Under the pieces are notes generated by a model. It did no database searches, was not told where the DNA came from, and was given only the letters and a program-made list of their open reading frames with translations. A stretch of 64,000 bases of DNA, from the NCBI GenBank assembly GCA_964016885.1, contig OZ024744.1:12648001-12712000 (forward strand), in the 5' to 3' direction. The translations under genes were made by a program, and so were the position numbers. The DNA comes from Eledone cirrhosa (taxonomy: Eukaryota). Position 1 is the stretch's first letter. The number at the start of each line of letters is the position of its first letter. Below are positions 8,769 to 19,618 of this stretch, in pieces.

Positions 8769-11741
8769 TTAGGTAAGGCAGGTCTTCTCTATTACTGAGT
8801 ACCGCCAAAGGTCTCGGTCCAGTGACATTGTCTTGGAGAGGTGTAAGTGTGTGAGGTCGGAGTTTATCAGCTCGTCCCAGGATTTTCTAGGTCTGCCTAT
8901 TCCGTGTCTACCGTCTATCTTTATTGCCCTGCACTTTGTTATACAGCTATCGACTTTCATGCGCATCACGTGTCCGTACCAACGTAGCCTTCTCTCGAGT
9001 AAACAACATCTGATCCCTCTTATTTCTAATTTTTTCCTTAGTTCGTTTATGCTTTGCTGTTCACGTATATTACTATTACACATCCAGCGGAGCATGCAAG
9101 CTTCGTTCCTCTCTAGCCTGCGTATATCCTCTGCGCACAATGCCCAGGTCTCACTGCCATGCAACATTGCTGTTCGTATGCAGGCATCAAACAACCTGCC
9201 TTTCATTTTTAGGGAGAACCCTTTAGCGGCTAATAGTGGTATAAGCTCTCTGAACTTTTTCCATCCAGTTCTGACTCTAGCTACTGTACTTTCGGAGCAC
9301 CCTCCCCCACTGCTGATTTTGTCACCCAGGTAACGGAAGCTGTCCACTATTTCTATAGAGCCCTCTGCGCAATTGAAAGAGTTAGTATTTTGTGGGCACT
9401 CGCTGCTACTTATTGCACCAGAGCACCGCCCACATGTAAAATCTAAGTTCTTAGTTAGCTTACCTGTGATCCCACTACATCTTTTATGCACCCATACTTT
9501 GCATTTGGGACATAAAATGGAGTTTCTACCTACTCCTTTCCTACACACTGAGCATGGCCATTTCCCGGAAGGGACCGCCGCCTTATTTTCTTTCCTACAA
9601 ACTAGAACTTTAGTCTTAGCCAGGTTAATTTTAAGGCCTTTTGATTCTAGGCCGTGCTTCCATGTTTGGAATTTCTTCTCTAGCTCGGCCATTGATTCAG
9701 CTATGAGTGTCAGATCGTCTGCGTATAGGAGTTCCCATGGGCAGCCGGTCTTGAACTCCTCTGTTATAGCCTGAAGGGCAATAATAAATAGTAGGGGGCT
9801 GAGAACAGAGCCCTGATGGACGCCAACTTTTACGCTAAACTCTTCACTATATTCGTTGTTAATTCTAACCTTGCTGACTGCTTCTTTATACATGGCTTGT
9901 ATAGCTCTCACAAGCCATTCGTCGACACCTAGTTTTCTAAGGGCCCACCAGATAATGGAACGGGGGACTCTGTCGAAGGCTTTCTCCAAGTCGACAAAAG
10001 CTAAGTAGAGGGGTTTACCTTTAGCTAGGTACTTCTCCTGTAGTTGACGTACAATGAAAAGAGCGTCTGTGGTACTTTTGCCTGACACAAACCCGAACTG
10101 CATTTCATCTAGGTCAATTCTCTCTCTGATTAGTTGCGCTATTACTTTTTCCGTGACCTTCATGACCTGGTCGATTAATTTAATGCCTCTATAGTTACTC
10201 CTATCTAGGGCATCTCCTTTACCCTTATAACAGTTAACGATGATGCTGCTATGCCAGTCCTTCGGAACAACCCCATTCTGTACGACTTGGTTAACTATCC
10301 GGGTGACCAAGGTGTGTCCCACCGAGCCAGATGCCTTCAGCATCTCAGCAACTATTTCCGAAGGCCCAGCCGCCTTACCCGTCTTCATATCCTTGATTGC
10401 CTTACTTATTATACTACCCTCGACTAACACTGCTGGTCCCGCTATTGGGTCGATGTGGGGGAGACTGTCTTTCTCCCATTTATTCTCATTTAGTAGCCTT
10501 TCATAGTGACACTTCCAAGCTACCTTCTTATCAGCGTCGGTGATGGCAAGTACGCCGTCATCATTAAGTACACACTTCTCCCCGACAATATCACGGTTTT
10601 CCTTGACACATTGCCTAGCAATCCTGAACACCTCACGTTTTTGGTCCTCGCGTTGTAGAACATGCTTGAACTTTCTTTCCTCTGCTTCCCTTCTTGCGAA
10701 GTACACTTGTCTCCTAGCCTCCCTCCAGGCCACTTGATAGGCTTCTCTACTTCCCCCATCCCGCCATACTTTCCAAGCCTGCTTTTTGGCCTTAATTGAC
10801 CCCTCCACCCTACTGTTCCACCACCATGTTACTCTCCTCCTGCCTACAGGCCTGCTCCAGCCACAGACTTCGTCTGTCGCCATCAGCAGGTTTGCTTTCA
10901 GAAATTCCCACTGTCCCTCTATATTGTCCGACTCTAAATGCTCTTCCTTACTGTCGAAAGCATCAAGTAATATGCTTTGAAATTTATTTCTGGCTGTGGG
11001 GTCCTTTAGCTTCCATATTTTTCTCCTGAGGATAGTCCTCTTCTGCTGTTGAGTACGTCTCGTCCTGACTATGAGGTCGCTAATTATCAGTCTATGTTGG
11101 GAGGTGCATTCTTCATGGGGGAGGGATTTAGTGTTTACAACAGACACTCTGTCACGTCTTCTGGTAAGGATATAATCTACCTGGTTTGTGTGTTCCCCGG
11201 ATCTATAGGTGATCAGGTGATTGTCACGTTTTTTGAAGTTAGTGTTACAGATAGTTAGGTTATTTGCGTCACAGAATTCCAGGATTCTGGAGCCTTCCTC
11301 ATTTCTAGTACCAAACCCATAGCCTCCATGAATTTCGTCGTAGCCGTCACAATGTTGTCCAACGTGACCATTTAGGTTGCCTGCGATAATTATATAGTCA
11401 CTGTCGGTTATTTGGGAGGTAGTGAGCATCAGTGTCTCATAGAATCTGTCTTTTATAGTGCTGGGCAGTCCGGATTGGGGTGCGTACGCAGATATTACTG
11501 TCACCGTAGTTCTATTGAGGACAAGTCTTATTTTAATTATTCTGTCGTTCACTCTATTTACGTCTATTATCTTATCTGCCCACTTTTCTGCTACCATGAT
11601 TCCTACTCCACCCAGCCCATCATCGTTTCCCACCCAGAAAAGCTTATAACATCGTTTTTTACCCTCAATGAATCTAGCAGACGCACCCCTCCACCTGGTC
11701 TCTTGAATACAACAAACATCGACCCCCTTACGTTCAAGCAT
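8769..11741 (-). CDS. RTE ORF of copy 2 (APE-RT, 990 aa from first Met); probably defective
   Basis: Same motifs as copy 1. The frame stays open upstream to the position of the copy-1 ATG, which here is ATA (11786-11784). The APE GDLN motif reads GNLN. Confidence 0.88.
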   Translation of the reverse strand: MLERKGVDVCCIQETRWRGASARFIEGKKRCYKLFWVGNDDGLGGVGIMVAEKWADKIIDVNRVNDRIIKIRLVLNRTTVTVISAYAPQSGLPSTIKDRFYETLMLTTSQITDSDYIIIAGNLNGHVGQHCDGYDEIHGGYGFGTRNEEGSRILEFCDANNLTICNTNFKKRDNHLITYRSGEHTNQVDYILTRRRDRVSVVNTKSLPHEECTSQHRLIISDLIVRTRRTQQQKRTILRRKIWKLKDPTARNKFQSILLDAFDSKEEHLESDNIEGQWEFLKANLLMATDEVCGWSRPVGRRRVTWWWNSRVEGSIKAKKQAWKVWRDGGSREAYQVAWREARRQVYFARREAEERKFKHVLQREDQKREVFRIARQCVKENRDIVGEKCVLNDDGVLAITDADKKVAWKCHYERLLNENKWEKDSLPHIDPIAGPAVLVEGSIISKAIKDMKTGKAAGPSEIVAEMLKASGSVGHTLVTRIVNQVVQNGVVPKDWHSSIIVNCYKGKGDALDRSNYRGIKLIDQVMKVTEKVIAQLIRERIDLDEMQFGFVSGKSTTDALFIVRQLQEKYLAKGKPLYLAFVDLEKAFDRVPRSIIWWALRKLGVDEWLVRAIQAMYKEAVSKVRINNEYSEEFSVKVGVHQGSVLSPLLFIIALQAITEEFKTGCPWELLYADDLTLIAESMAELEKKFQTWKHGLESKGLKINLAKTKVLVCRKENKAAVPSGKWPCSVCRKGVGRNSILCPKCKVWVHKRCSGITGKLTKNLDFTCGRCSGAISSSECPQNTNSFNCAEGSIEIVDSFRYLGDKISSGGGCSESTVARVRTGWKKFRELIPLLAAKGFSLKMKGRLFDACIRTAMLHGSETWALCAEDIRRLERNEACMLRWMCNSNIREQQSINELRKKLEIRGIRCCLLERRLRWYGHVMRMKVDSCITKCRAIKIDGRHGIGRPRKSWDELINSDLTHLHLSKTMSLDRDLWRYSVIEKTCLT

Positions 11742-11782
11742 TTCTACAACCTCGTTAGCGCGACCCTTTAAGGTGCCTACAT

Positions 11783-12001
11783 TTATGGTACCAACTCTGA
11801 AGTTTTGGATTGCGTTTGGGGGGTGGGGGCGGTGGGCGATGGGGTTATGTTAGCCGTCCGCGGTCGAAACAAAGAGGAGTGCTCGCATTCTCGTCCACGA
11901 GGTGAATTTGTCTTTATCTTTATCTTTGGCATTGTCGCTGAGCGTCCAGATTTTTCTCTCTCCTCCACTCTCCAGGATTCCGTAGTCCATCCATCCATCA
12001 T
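11783..12001 (-). CDS. Short upstream ORF (72 aa) in the RTE 5' region; its stop overlaps the main-ORF start position
   Basis: ATGATG start at 12001 and TAA at 11785-11783. No recognisable domain. Confidence 0.3.
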   Translation of the reverse strand: MMDGWTTESWRVEEREKSGRSATMPKIKIKTNSPRGRECEHSSLFRPRTANITPSPTAPTPQTQSKTSELVP

Positions 12002-12483
12002 ATATCGAAAGGCAACCAGGCAAGCGATAGTATAGGCCTCTGGCTTATGATTGGTCCGCGTAATAATAATAATGGTGATGCCTGGGGGCTCTGGCTTATG
12101 ATTGGTCCACGTAATAACAATGGTGGTGCGTGGGGGCGGGAGGGAGGGGTGTTGGGTAGCTAGCTAGAAGGTAATGATTGAATGAGGTCCTTGTATTTAA
12201 CAAGCGATTAACAAAAATACAAGATTTGTTCTGTTCAATACGACAAAAACTCTCGTATTTAACAAGCGATTAACAAAAATACAAGATTTTAACAAAAACT
12301 CTCGTATTTAACAAGTAATGATAACAAAAAATGCAGATTTGTTTTAGCAATAGATTGGATGTTTGGACTGGATACGAAATAGAAGTGTGGAGGTGGAGAT
12401 GATAGAAAAATATGTACATTACGTTACATGATATACCGTGGAGGGAACAGCAATGAAATTTGGCGAAAGTGATTTACTATCTT

Positions 12484-12937
12484 ATCATCATCATCATCAT
12501 CATCAACGTTTAACGTCCGTGTTCCACGCTTGCATGGGTTTGGACGGGGGTAGTCCCACTTGAGGCAAGAGTGATTGTCTTGCTCGCATAGGACTGTCTG
12601 GCAGGTTTTCTACAGTTGGATGCCCTTCCTAACACCAACCACATTTACAGTGTGGGTCTGGGAGGTTTTTACCGTGTTGCCTACACGGCCACATTACAGC
12701 GTGGACTGTGTGTTTTTTTGTCGTGACACCTACACGATCTCATTTGTTTCGGCCTCGATGGCGCGGCACCAACATAACTTTACATAGAACGGGGTGGTGT
12801 GGATCGGGTGGGGGTAGTGGTGGTGGGACGGGGTGTATTTTGTTAGAGATGCCTACTGGCTGGAGTAGGTTTTACTATATATTTAGGTAAGGCGGGTCTT
12901 CTCTGTTACTGAGTACCGCCAAAGGTCTCGGTCCAGT
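12484..12937 (-). mobile_element. RTE copy 3, 5'-truncated (3'UTR plus last ~17 codons)
   Basis: (TGA)n tail and 3'UTR. Truncated at ...ggtccagt and followed by (TA)n. Confidence 0.93.
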
Positions 12938-12945
12938 ATATATAT

Positions 12946-15176
12946 ATCATCATCATCATCATCATCAACGTTTAACGTCCGTGTTCCACGCTTGCATGGG
13001 TTTGGACGGGGGTAGTCCCACTTGAGGCAAGAGTGATTGTCTTGCTCGCATAGGACTGTCTGGCAGGTTTTCTACAGTTGGATGCCCTTCCTAACACCAA
13101 CCACATTTACAGTGTGGGTCTGGGAGGTTTTTACCGTGTTGCCTACACGGCCACATTACAGCGTGGACTGTGTGTTTTTTGTCGTGACACCTACACGATC
13201 TCATTTGTTTCGGCCTCGATGGCGCGGCACCAACATAACTTTACATAGAACGGGGTGGTGTGGATCGGGTGGGGGTGGGGGTGGTGGGACGGGGTGTATT
13301 TTGTTAGAGATGCCTACTGGCTGGAGTAGGTTTTACTATATATTTAGGTAAGGCGGGTCTTCTCTGTTACTGAGTACCGCCAAAGGTCTCGGTCCAGTGA
13401 CATTGTCTTGGAGAGGTGTAAGTGTGTGATGTCGGAGTTTATCAGCTCGTCCCAGGTTTTTCTAGGTCTGCCTATTCCGTGACTACCGTCTATCTTTATT
13501 GCCCTGCACTTTGTTATACAGCTATCGACTTTCATGCGCATCACGTGTCCATACCAACGTAGCCTTCTCTCGAGTAAACAACATCTGATCCCTCTTATCT
13601 CTAATTTTTTCCTTAGTTCGTTTATGCTTTGCCGTTCACGTATATTACTGTTACACATCCAGCGGAGCATGCAAGCTTCGTTCCTCTCTAGTCTGCGTAT
13701 ATCCTCTGCACACAATGCCCAGGTCTCACTGCCATGCAGCATTGCTGTTCGTATGCAGGCATCGTACAACCTGCCTTTCATTTTTAGTGAGAACCCTTTA
13801 GCAGCTAATAGTGGTATAAGCTCTCTGAACTTTTTCCAACCAGTTCTGACTCTAGCTACAGTACTTTCAGAGCACCCTCCCCCACTGCTGATTTTATCGC
13901 CCAGGTAACGGAAGCTGTCCACTATTTCTATAGAACCCTCTGCGCAATTGAAAGAGCTAGTAGTTTGTGGGCACTTGCTGCTACTTATTGCACCAGAGCA
14001 CCGGCCACATGTAAAATCTATGTTCTTAGTTAGCTTACCTGTGATCCCACTACATCTTTTATGCACCCATACTTTGCATTTAGGACATAAAATGGAGTTT
14101 CTACCTACGCCTTTCCTACACACCGAGCACGACCATTTCCCAGAAGGGACCGCCGCCTTGTTTTCTTTCCTACAAACTAGTACTTTGGTCTTAGCCAGGT
14201 TAATTTTAAGTCCTTTTGACTCTAGGCCGTGCTTCCATGTTTGGAATTTCTTCTCTAGCTCGGCCATTGATTCCGCTATGAGTGTCAGGTCGTCTGCGTA
14301 TAGGAGTTCCCATGGGCAGCCTGTCTTGAACTCCTCTGTTATAGCCTGAAGGGCAATAATAAATAGTAGTGGACTGAGAACAGAGCCCTGATGGACGCCA
14401 ACTTTTACGCTAAACTCTTCACTATATTCGTTGTTAATTCTAACCTTGCTGACTGTTTCTTTATACATGGCTTGTATAGCCCTCACAAGCCATTCGTCAA
14501 CGCCTAGTTTTCTAAGAGCCCACCAGATAATGGAGCGGGGGACTCTGTCGAAGGCTTTCTCCAAGTCGACAAAAGCTAAGTAGAGGGGTTTACCTTTAGC
14601 TAGGTACTTCTCCTGTAGTTGTCGTACTATGAAAAGAGCGTCTGTGGTACTTTTGCCTGACACAAACCCGAACTGCATTTCATCTAGGTCAATTCTCTCT
14701 CTGATTAGTTGCGCTATTACTCTTTCCGTGACCTTCATGACCTGGTCGATTAATTTAATGCCTCTATAGTTACTCCTATCTAGGGCGTCTCCTTTACCCT
14801 TATAACAGTTAACGATGATGCTGCTATGCCAGTCCTTCGGAACAACCCCATTCTGTACGACTTGGTTAACTATGCGGGTGACCATGGTGTGTCCCACCGT
14901 GCCAGATGCCTTCAGCATCTCAGCAACTATTTCCGAAGGCCCAGCCGCCTTACCAGTCTTCATATCCTTGATTGCCTTACTTATTATACTCCCCTCGACT
15001 AACACTGCTGGTCCCTCTATTGGGTCGATATGGGGGAGACTGCCTTTCTCCCAATTATTCTCCTCATTTAGAAGCCTTTCATAGTGACACTTCCAAGCTA
15101 CCTTCTTATCAGCGTCGGTGATGGCAAGTGTGCCATCGTCGTTTAGTACACACTTCTCCCCGACAATATCACGGTT
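12946..15176 (-). mobile_element. RTE copy 4, 5'-truncated (RT half intact, ORF 13344-15005)
   Basis: (TGA)n tail, 3'UTR and RT with YADD. Homology ends at ...atcacggtt and is followed by (TA)n. Confidence 0.95.
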
Positions 15177-15377
15177 ATATATATATATATAGCTAAGAGA
15201 GAGGGAGGGGGAGAGAGAGAGAGGTTTGGCCGCATGATGTAGGTATTGGGGTGGTTGACCGCCATGCCCTCGTGAAGCAGAGGGTGGGGGGGGGGGGTCG
15301 AGGGCTAGTAGAAGCGGGAGTTTAGAGTTTTCGAAAGAAGGAAAAGGAATATATAAATAAATAAATATATATATATA

Positions 15378-15562
15378 TCATGATCATTATCATCATTATT
15401 TAATATTTATTTTTCCACACATGCATGGGTTTGACGAGCTGTCATGTTATGAGATAAGCCATGCCAGTTGACCACATCTGCTTATACAGATCTGTATTTT
15501 GGGTTGGGTGCATTTTTGACATGCTTCCTTTATAGGGTGGACTGGGAACTTTTTGTCATGTC

Positions 15563-15566
<4 letters not shown>
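15378..15566 (-). mobile_element. Old RTE 3'-end remnant
   Basis: Degenerate (TCA)n, ttccacacatgcatgggtttgacg, and 48-bp-unit-like tggactgggaactttttgtcatgtcacc. Confidence 0.6.

Positions 15567-15612
<46 letters not shown>
15567..15612. repeat. (GA)n microsatellite
   Basis: About 23 perfect units, starting 18 nt into the intron after the exon B donor. Confidence 0.95.
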
Positions 15613-15615
<3 letters not shown>

Positions 15616-15630
15616 TGAGGGAATCCTTAC

Positions 15631-15728
15631 TTAAATTCTAGGCACTTTGTAATTTCTTTCTGTAAATGTAAGGCTTCATAGAGGAGATTCTGCAGCTGTA
15701 GGTGATAACGATCAATTCGCAATTTGTC
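15631..15728 (-). CDS. THOC5: THOC5 internal coding exon B
   Basis: 98 nt, ttgcag| ... |gtaagg. Translates [32 protein letters not shown](K), the THOC5 motif [23 protein letters not shown]. Phase 0/2. Confidence 0.95.
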
Positions 15729-16261
15729 CTGCAACAAGATAAACAAATATAGCAAGAAAAATTCCAGAATAAATTAATATTTAATTTTAAGAATAAAATC
15801 AATTAAATTATATAGTGTTTTCAAAAAAGAAAGAAAAAAAAGGAAAAAAATTAATTGATAAAAGTGATGGGTGAGGTAGAATCTACACCCCAGTCTAGGT
15901 GGTATATCTCAGCCGTAGCCCATAGTGGACAAGATGGCAGATGTATTGCTGTACTGACCAGTCAGCAACACTTGCTGCCTCAGCCACTCCACCTGACAGG
16001 GCTTCATTCTCAGATGATGTACACTCCTCCTAATTTTGCAGAGGTAAATGGCAGTTCAGGGACTGAGAACACAAGAGCTATTGATGAGGACCAGCACGAA
16101 AAGGTAGTGGTCAGTCAAGCCCCAGTATTTGGCTGGCTTCCTCTCCTTCATGTTACAGGCAGCAGTAACTGGGTTTGTAGCCGAAGTGACAAGGTTAGAG
16201 ACAAATAATGTGTCACAACCTGTCCAACTCATGATAGCATACAAAACGAACATAAAATAGT

Positions 16262-17140
16262 GATTATAATAAATAATAAAAATAAATATTATTGTGTACT
16301 GTGCTCAGGTGCACTACAACTCATCAAAGGTGCATGTATAGTACATAGAATAATGTAAAAATGTCAGGAAAGTGAACAGTGTATGAGTCATGATGTATAC
16401 ACAGTCACACATGCGTGCATATGTATGGAGAAGGAATATCAGGTGTAAAGTTGGCGAATCTCAGGAAGCATGGATGTTTTAAAAGGTGCAGTGTCCCGTC
16501 AGTTAACAACTGATGCAGGTAGTTTGTTCCATGCTTCAGCAACTCTGAACATGAAAAAATGTTTCCGAAAGTCATGGGAGCTGTGCTGTTTCTGACCTTG
16601 TGGGCATTCCATGTGTGTTAGACATATGGAAATCAAAAAGGTACTGAGGGTTGTTGTTGGCAAGATGGTTAATAATTTTGGGGGTGTTTACCAAGTCAGT
16701 TGCCAGACGTCAGAGCTTCAATGTATCCATGCCCAGGGAAGCAAGGCGTTCAGAGTATGGTAGATGTCTGATGGAGGGCATTCGCTTGGTTGCACGTCTC
16801 TGAACAGTTTCCAGGCGGTCAATGTTCTGAGCAAGATAGGGGTTCCAGACTGCTGATGCGAATTCTAAGTGTGGCCTCATCATAGCAATATACAGCTTTA
16901 AATAGATGGCTGGAGAGTGGCTGACAAAGGTCTTGCTGAGTGATGCCAAGACACCCTCGGCCTTCTTGACAATTTTAGAGATGTTGACAATAATCCCAGG
17001 TCACGTTTTACAAGAAGATTTCTTGATATTAGTGTTGTGGAGGGAGTATGTGGATGCTAGGTTTTTCCTCCCAAAATGCATGGTGGTACACTTGTCCACA
17101 GCTAGCTTGAGTTGCCAGTCCGTGATCTATTGCTGCAGTG
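16262..17140 (-). mobile_element. CR1-clade LINE 3' fragment (decayed)
   Basis: ORF 16710-16949 LYIAMMRPHLEFASAVWNPYLAQNIDRLETVQRRATK is a typical CR1/L2-group RT C-terminus. (ATT)n-type tail near 16265. Confidence 0.85.
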
Positions 17141-17225
17141 TGTCCAATATATTGATGATGATGATTGTACCAAGATTGGAGGTACCAGATCTACCAACTA
17201 TAAACAACATCTTGGAGGTTAAGAT

Positions 17226-17345
17226 AATTGTTTCTACTTTTGGCACAAGGCCAGCAATTACCCGGTGCATTACTGGTACTTTATTTTATCGACCCCGTAA
17301 GGATGAAAGGCAAAGTTAACCTCGGCGGGATTTGAACTCAGAATG
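17226..17345. mobile_element. SINE fragment (same family as 5172-5285, 7808-7925, 20665-20733)
   Basis: Dispersed repeat ttctacttttggcacaaggccagcaatt..actggtactttattttatcgaccccgtaaggatgaaaggcaaagttaacctcggcgggatttgaactcagaa. Its end resembles a reverse-complement tRNA B box. Confidence 0.75.
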
Positions 17346-17583
17346 GCAAGGACCGTAAGATAATATCCAACAGAAACCCCTAGCTATTTTACAACTTCCC
17401 TTGCTTACCATTTTTTCAATGCTTATTTTGCTTCCAGTTGGCCTTCCATATTTAATTTTTTTATTAATTTTATTTTTATATTCACTTATCTCTATATCTT
17501 GCTTTTTGTTTCTCAACTCCGAAATACTTGAATCTGTCATGCCTTAATAGCTCTATACGGACGTTTAAATTGAATTATTAAAT

Positions 17584-17626
17584 ACACACACACACACACT
17601 ATATATATATATATATATATATATAT
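17584..17626. repeat. (CA)n(TA)n compound microsatellite
   Basis: Directly visible in the sequence. Confidence 0.9.
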
Positions 17627-17646
17627 GGTTTGAAGTTGAGGCAAGT

Positions 17647-17722
17647 TAAATTGGTGGTAGATTGGGTTGGTCTAAAGCTGAGCTACGATAAATTGGTGTT
17701 AGAGTGGGTTGGTCTAAAGCTT
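17647..17722. repeat. Short 42-bp tandem repeat
   Basis: taaattggtg(g/t)taga(t/g)tgggttggtctaaagct occurs twice. Confidence 0.7.
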
Positions 17723-17937
17723 GGATAAGATCCAGATTAACTGACAGTGGTACAGGTTAGTCTGCAGTATGGATAAAGTCCAATTTAGTTGATGGTGGGT
17801 AGAGCTGAGTGTGTGTATGAGAGAAATAAATTATATATGATATAAATACAAATTTTGTTATAAAATTACTAATGCATAATGTTTAGACAAAAATAGGTCA
17901 CATCAACCTATTTAAATTTATTAAGAAAATATACACA

Positions 17938-18457
17938 TTTCATCATCACCGGTTTACGTCCGTTCTTCCATGCTAGCATGGGTTAGACGGGTTGTCCTGT
18001 TGTGGGCAGTGTCTGGTCAGCTGACCATGCCTTGCTCATACAGGAACTGATTTGGCTTGATTTCTACAGCTGGATGCCCTTCCTAACACCAACCTCATTT
18101 ACAGTGAGTGCTGGGTGCTTTTTCGTGGTGCCTACACGTCCACTTTACAGTGTGGGTTGGGTGCTTCTTTGCTGTGGCACCTCCACGACCACCTTGCGGT
18201 GGGGTGTGTGGGGGCATATTGTCTATATGCTTCAGCTTGTACTCATGGGAGGTCGGGTACTCTGTATTACTGCGTGACGCCAGAGGTCACGGTCGTGTGT
18301 CATCGCTTTGAGAGGTGTAATTGGGTAAGGTCGGCTTTTATCACCTCATCCCAGCTCATCTTGGGTCTCCCCACTCCGTGGTTTCCATCGACTTCTAGTG
18401 CTCTACACCTTTTTATGCAGCTTCATCCTTCATACGCATCACATGTCCATACCAACT
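17938..18457 (-). mobile_element. Older RTE 3' fragment (ORF end plus 3'UTR with 2-3 units)
   Basis: Tail, ctggatgcccttcctaacaccaacc, and ORF C-terminal similarity (GHVMRMK..GVGRPK..WDE..DRDLWR). Confidence 0.85.
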
Positions 18458-18483
18458 ATTACAAGGATTAATACACTCTAGAA

Positions 18484-18931
18484 CAGTGGTTCCCAACTTT
18501 TTATAATAATTTCCACCTTAATGATATAGCAAAACAGTATGCCCCCCCCCCCCCCCCCCCCCCCAAAAAAAAATTAAAATTTTTGATATTTTTTTTTATG
18601 TAGAAATAATTTCGGCATGTCTTTTTATTTCAGTCAAGGTAATTTTGTCAATGAGAAATTTACTAAAATAAATAATATATATCCTGTTATAAAAATAAGT
18701 TTCTTTACTAAAACATAAATTGTTATATCCAGATTTAAATAATTATCCAATGAAGTAAAATCATAATTAGAAAAGGTAGAAAGTTGATAAAAAGTTGAAT
18801 ATAAAAATTTGAAGCAAGAAAAAGAAAAAATTATGTATGAAATTTTGTGATTTTTAGTTAATTCCCGTGGCTCCCCCAATAACTTGCTATGGCCCACTAG
18901 TGGGCCATGGCCCCCTGGTTTGGAACCAATG
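18484..18931. mobile_element. Non-autonomous hAT (Charlie/Buster-like) DNA transposon, 448 bp
   Basis: TIRs CAGTGGTTCCCAACT / GGTTTGGAACCAATG. Perfect 8-bp TSD CTCTAGAA at 18476-18483 and 18932-18939, fitting the NTCTAGAN target preference of this group. Confidence 0.88.
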
Positions 18932-19299
18932 CTCTAGAAAATAACAATGGTGCAGGCTTTCTCAATGTCTCAGTCTTTGCAACACTGATTTTTATTTCTG
19001 CTTCAATGCACAATATATAATTGAATTAAATAGCAGCATAAGTATAATGATATACAGTTTGACACATCCAGTTCACTGCTACTGCCACATTTGATAGGTT
19101 TATAACATCTTTAGTTACATATTTCTTTGTGGATTGTCAGAGATGTTTCTCATAGTGCTTCCAACAACAACCAAAACTTGGGTCAAGCAGTTCATCTTTT
19201 TTTTTTCAGTCTATATATATAATAAGCATCTAAATTTCCAAGGAATCATGCTCTTGAATCACATAATTAATAAACCAACTTTTTAACCACACAAATATC

Positions 19300-19618
19300 A
19301 CCCAGCCCACACTGTAAGGTAGTCAATCATATAATTATCATGACAAAAAGCACCCTGTACACTCTGTAAAGTGGTCATGTTGGTAACATGACACAATATG
19401 CCTGGTCCCACACTGTAACGTGGTCTTGTTGGTGATGCAACAAAAAGTGCCTAGCCCTCACTGTAAATATGGCTGGCATTAGGAAAGGCATCCAGCCATA
19501 GAAATCAAGCCGAAATCAGTTCTGAAAGGTCAACCGATCTGACTTACCTCACAACAGGACACCTCATCTAATCCATGCTAGTGTGGGAAATGGACATTAA
19601 ATGGTGATGATGATGATA
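19300..19618 (+). mobile_element. Older RTE 3'-end remnant with ~4 tandem 48-bp units
   Basis: Repeated cacactgtaa(a/c)gtggtc units, then ggcattaggaaaggcatccagc and a (TGA)n tail. Confidence 0.8.

Larger units (their letters stand above)
8378..12480 (-). mobile_element. RTE copy 2, probably near full length including 5'UTR
   Basis: (TGA)n tail at 8378, 3'UTR, long ORF and ~700 nt of upstream sequence with tandem repeats. The exact 5' end (between ~12130 and ~12480) is uncertain. Confidence 0.9.

Noticed and set aside
15855-16253. 117-aa and 65-aa ORFs in a GC-richer patch
   Set aside because: No recognisable motifs or splice structure. Probably an unclassified decayed repeat.
17316-17540. 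74-aa minus-strand ORF with an ATG|GTAAGC donor-like site, a possible extra THOC5 exon
   Set aside because: It has no THOC5 similarity, is a low-complexity A-rich sequence and lacks a convincing acceptor. Exons A and B already join in frame, colinear with known THOC5.
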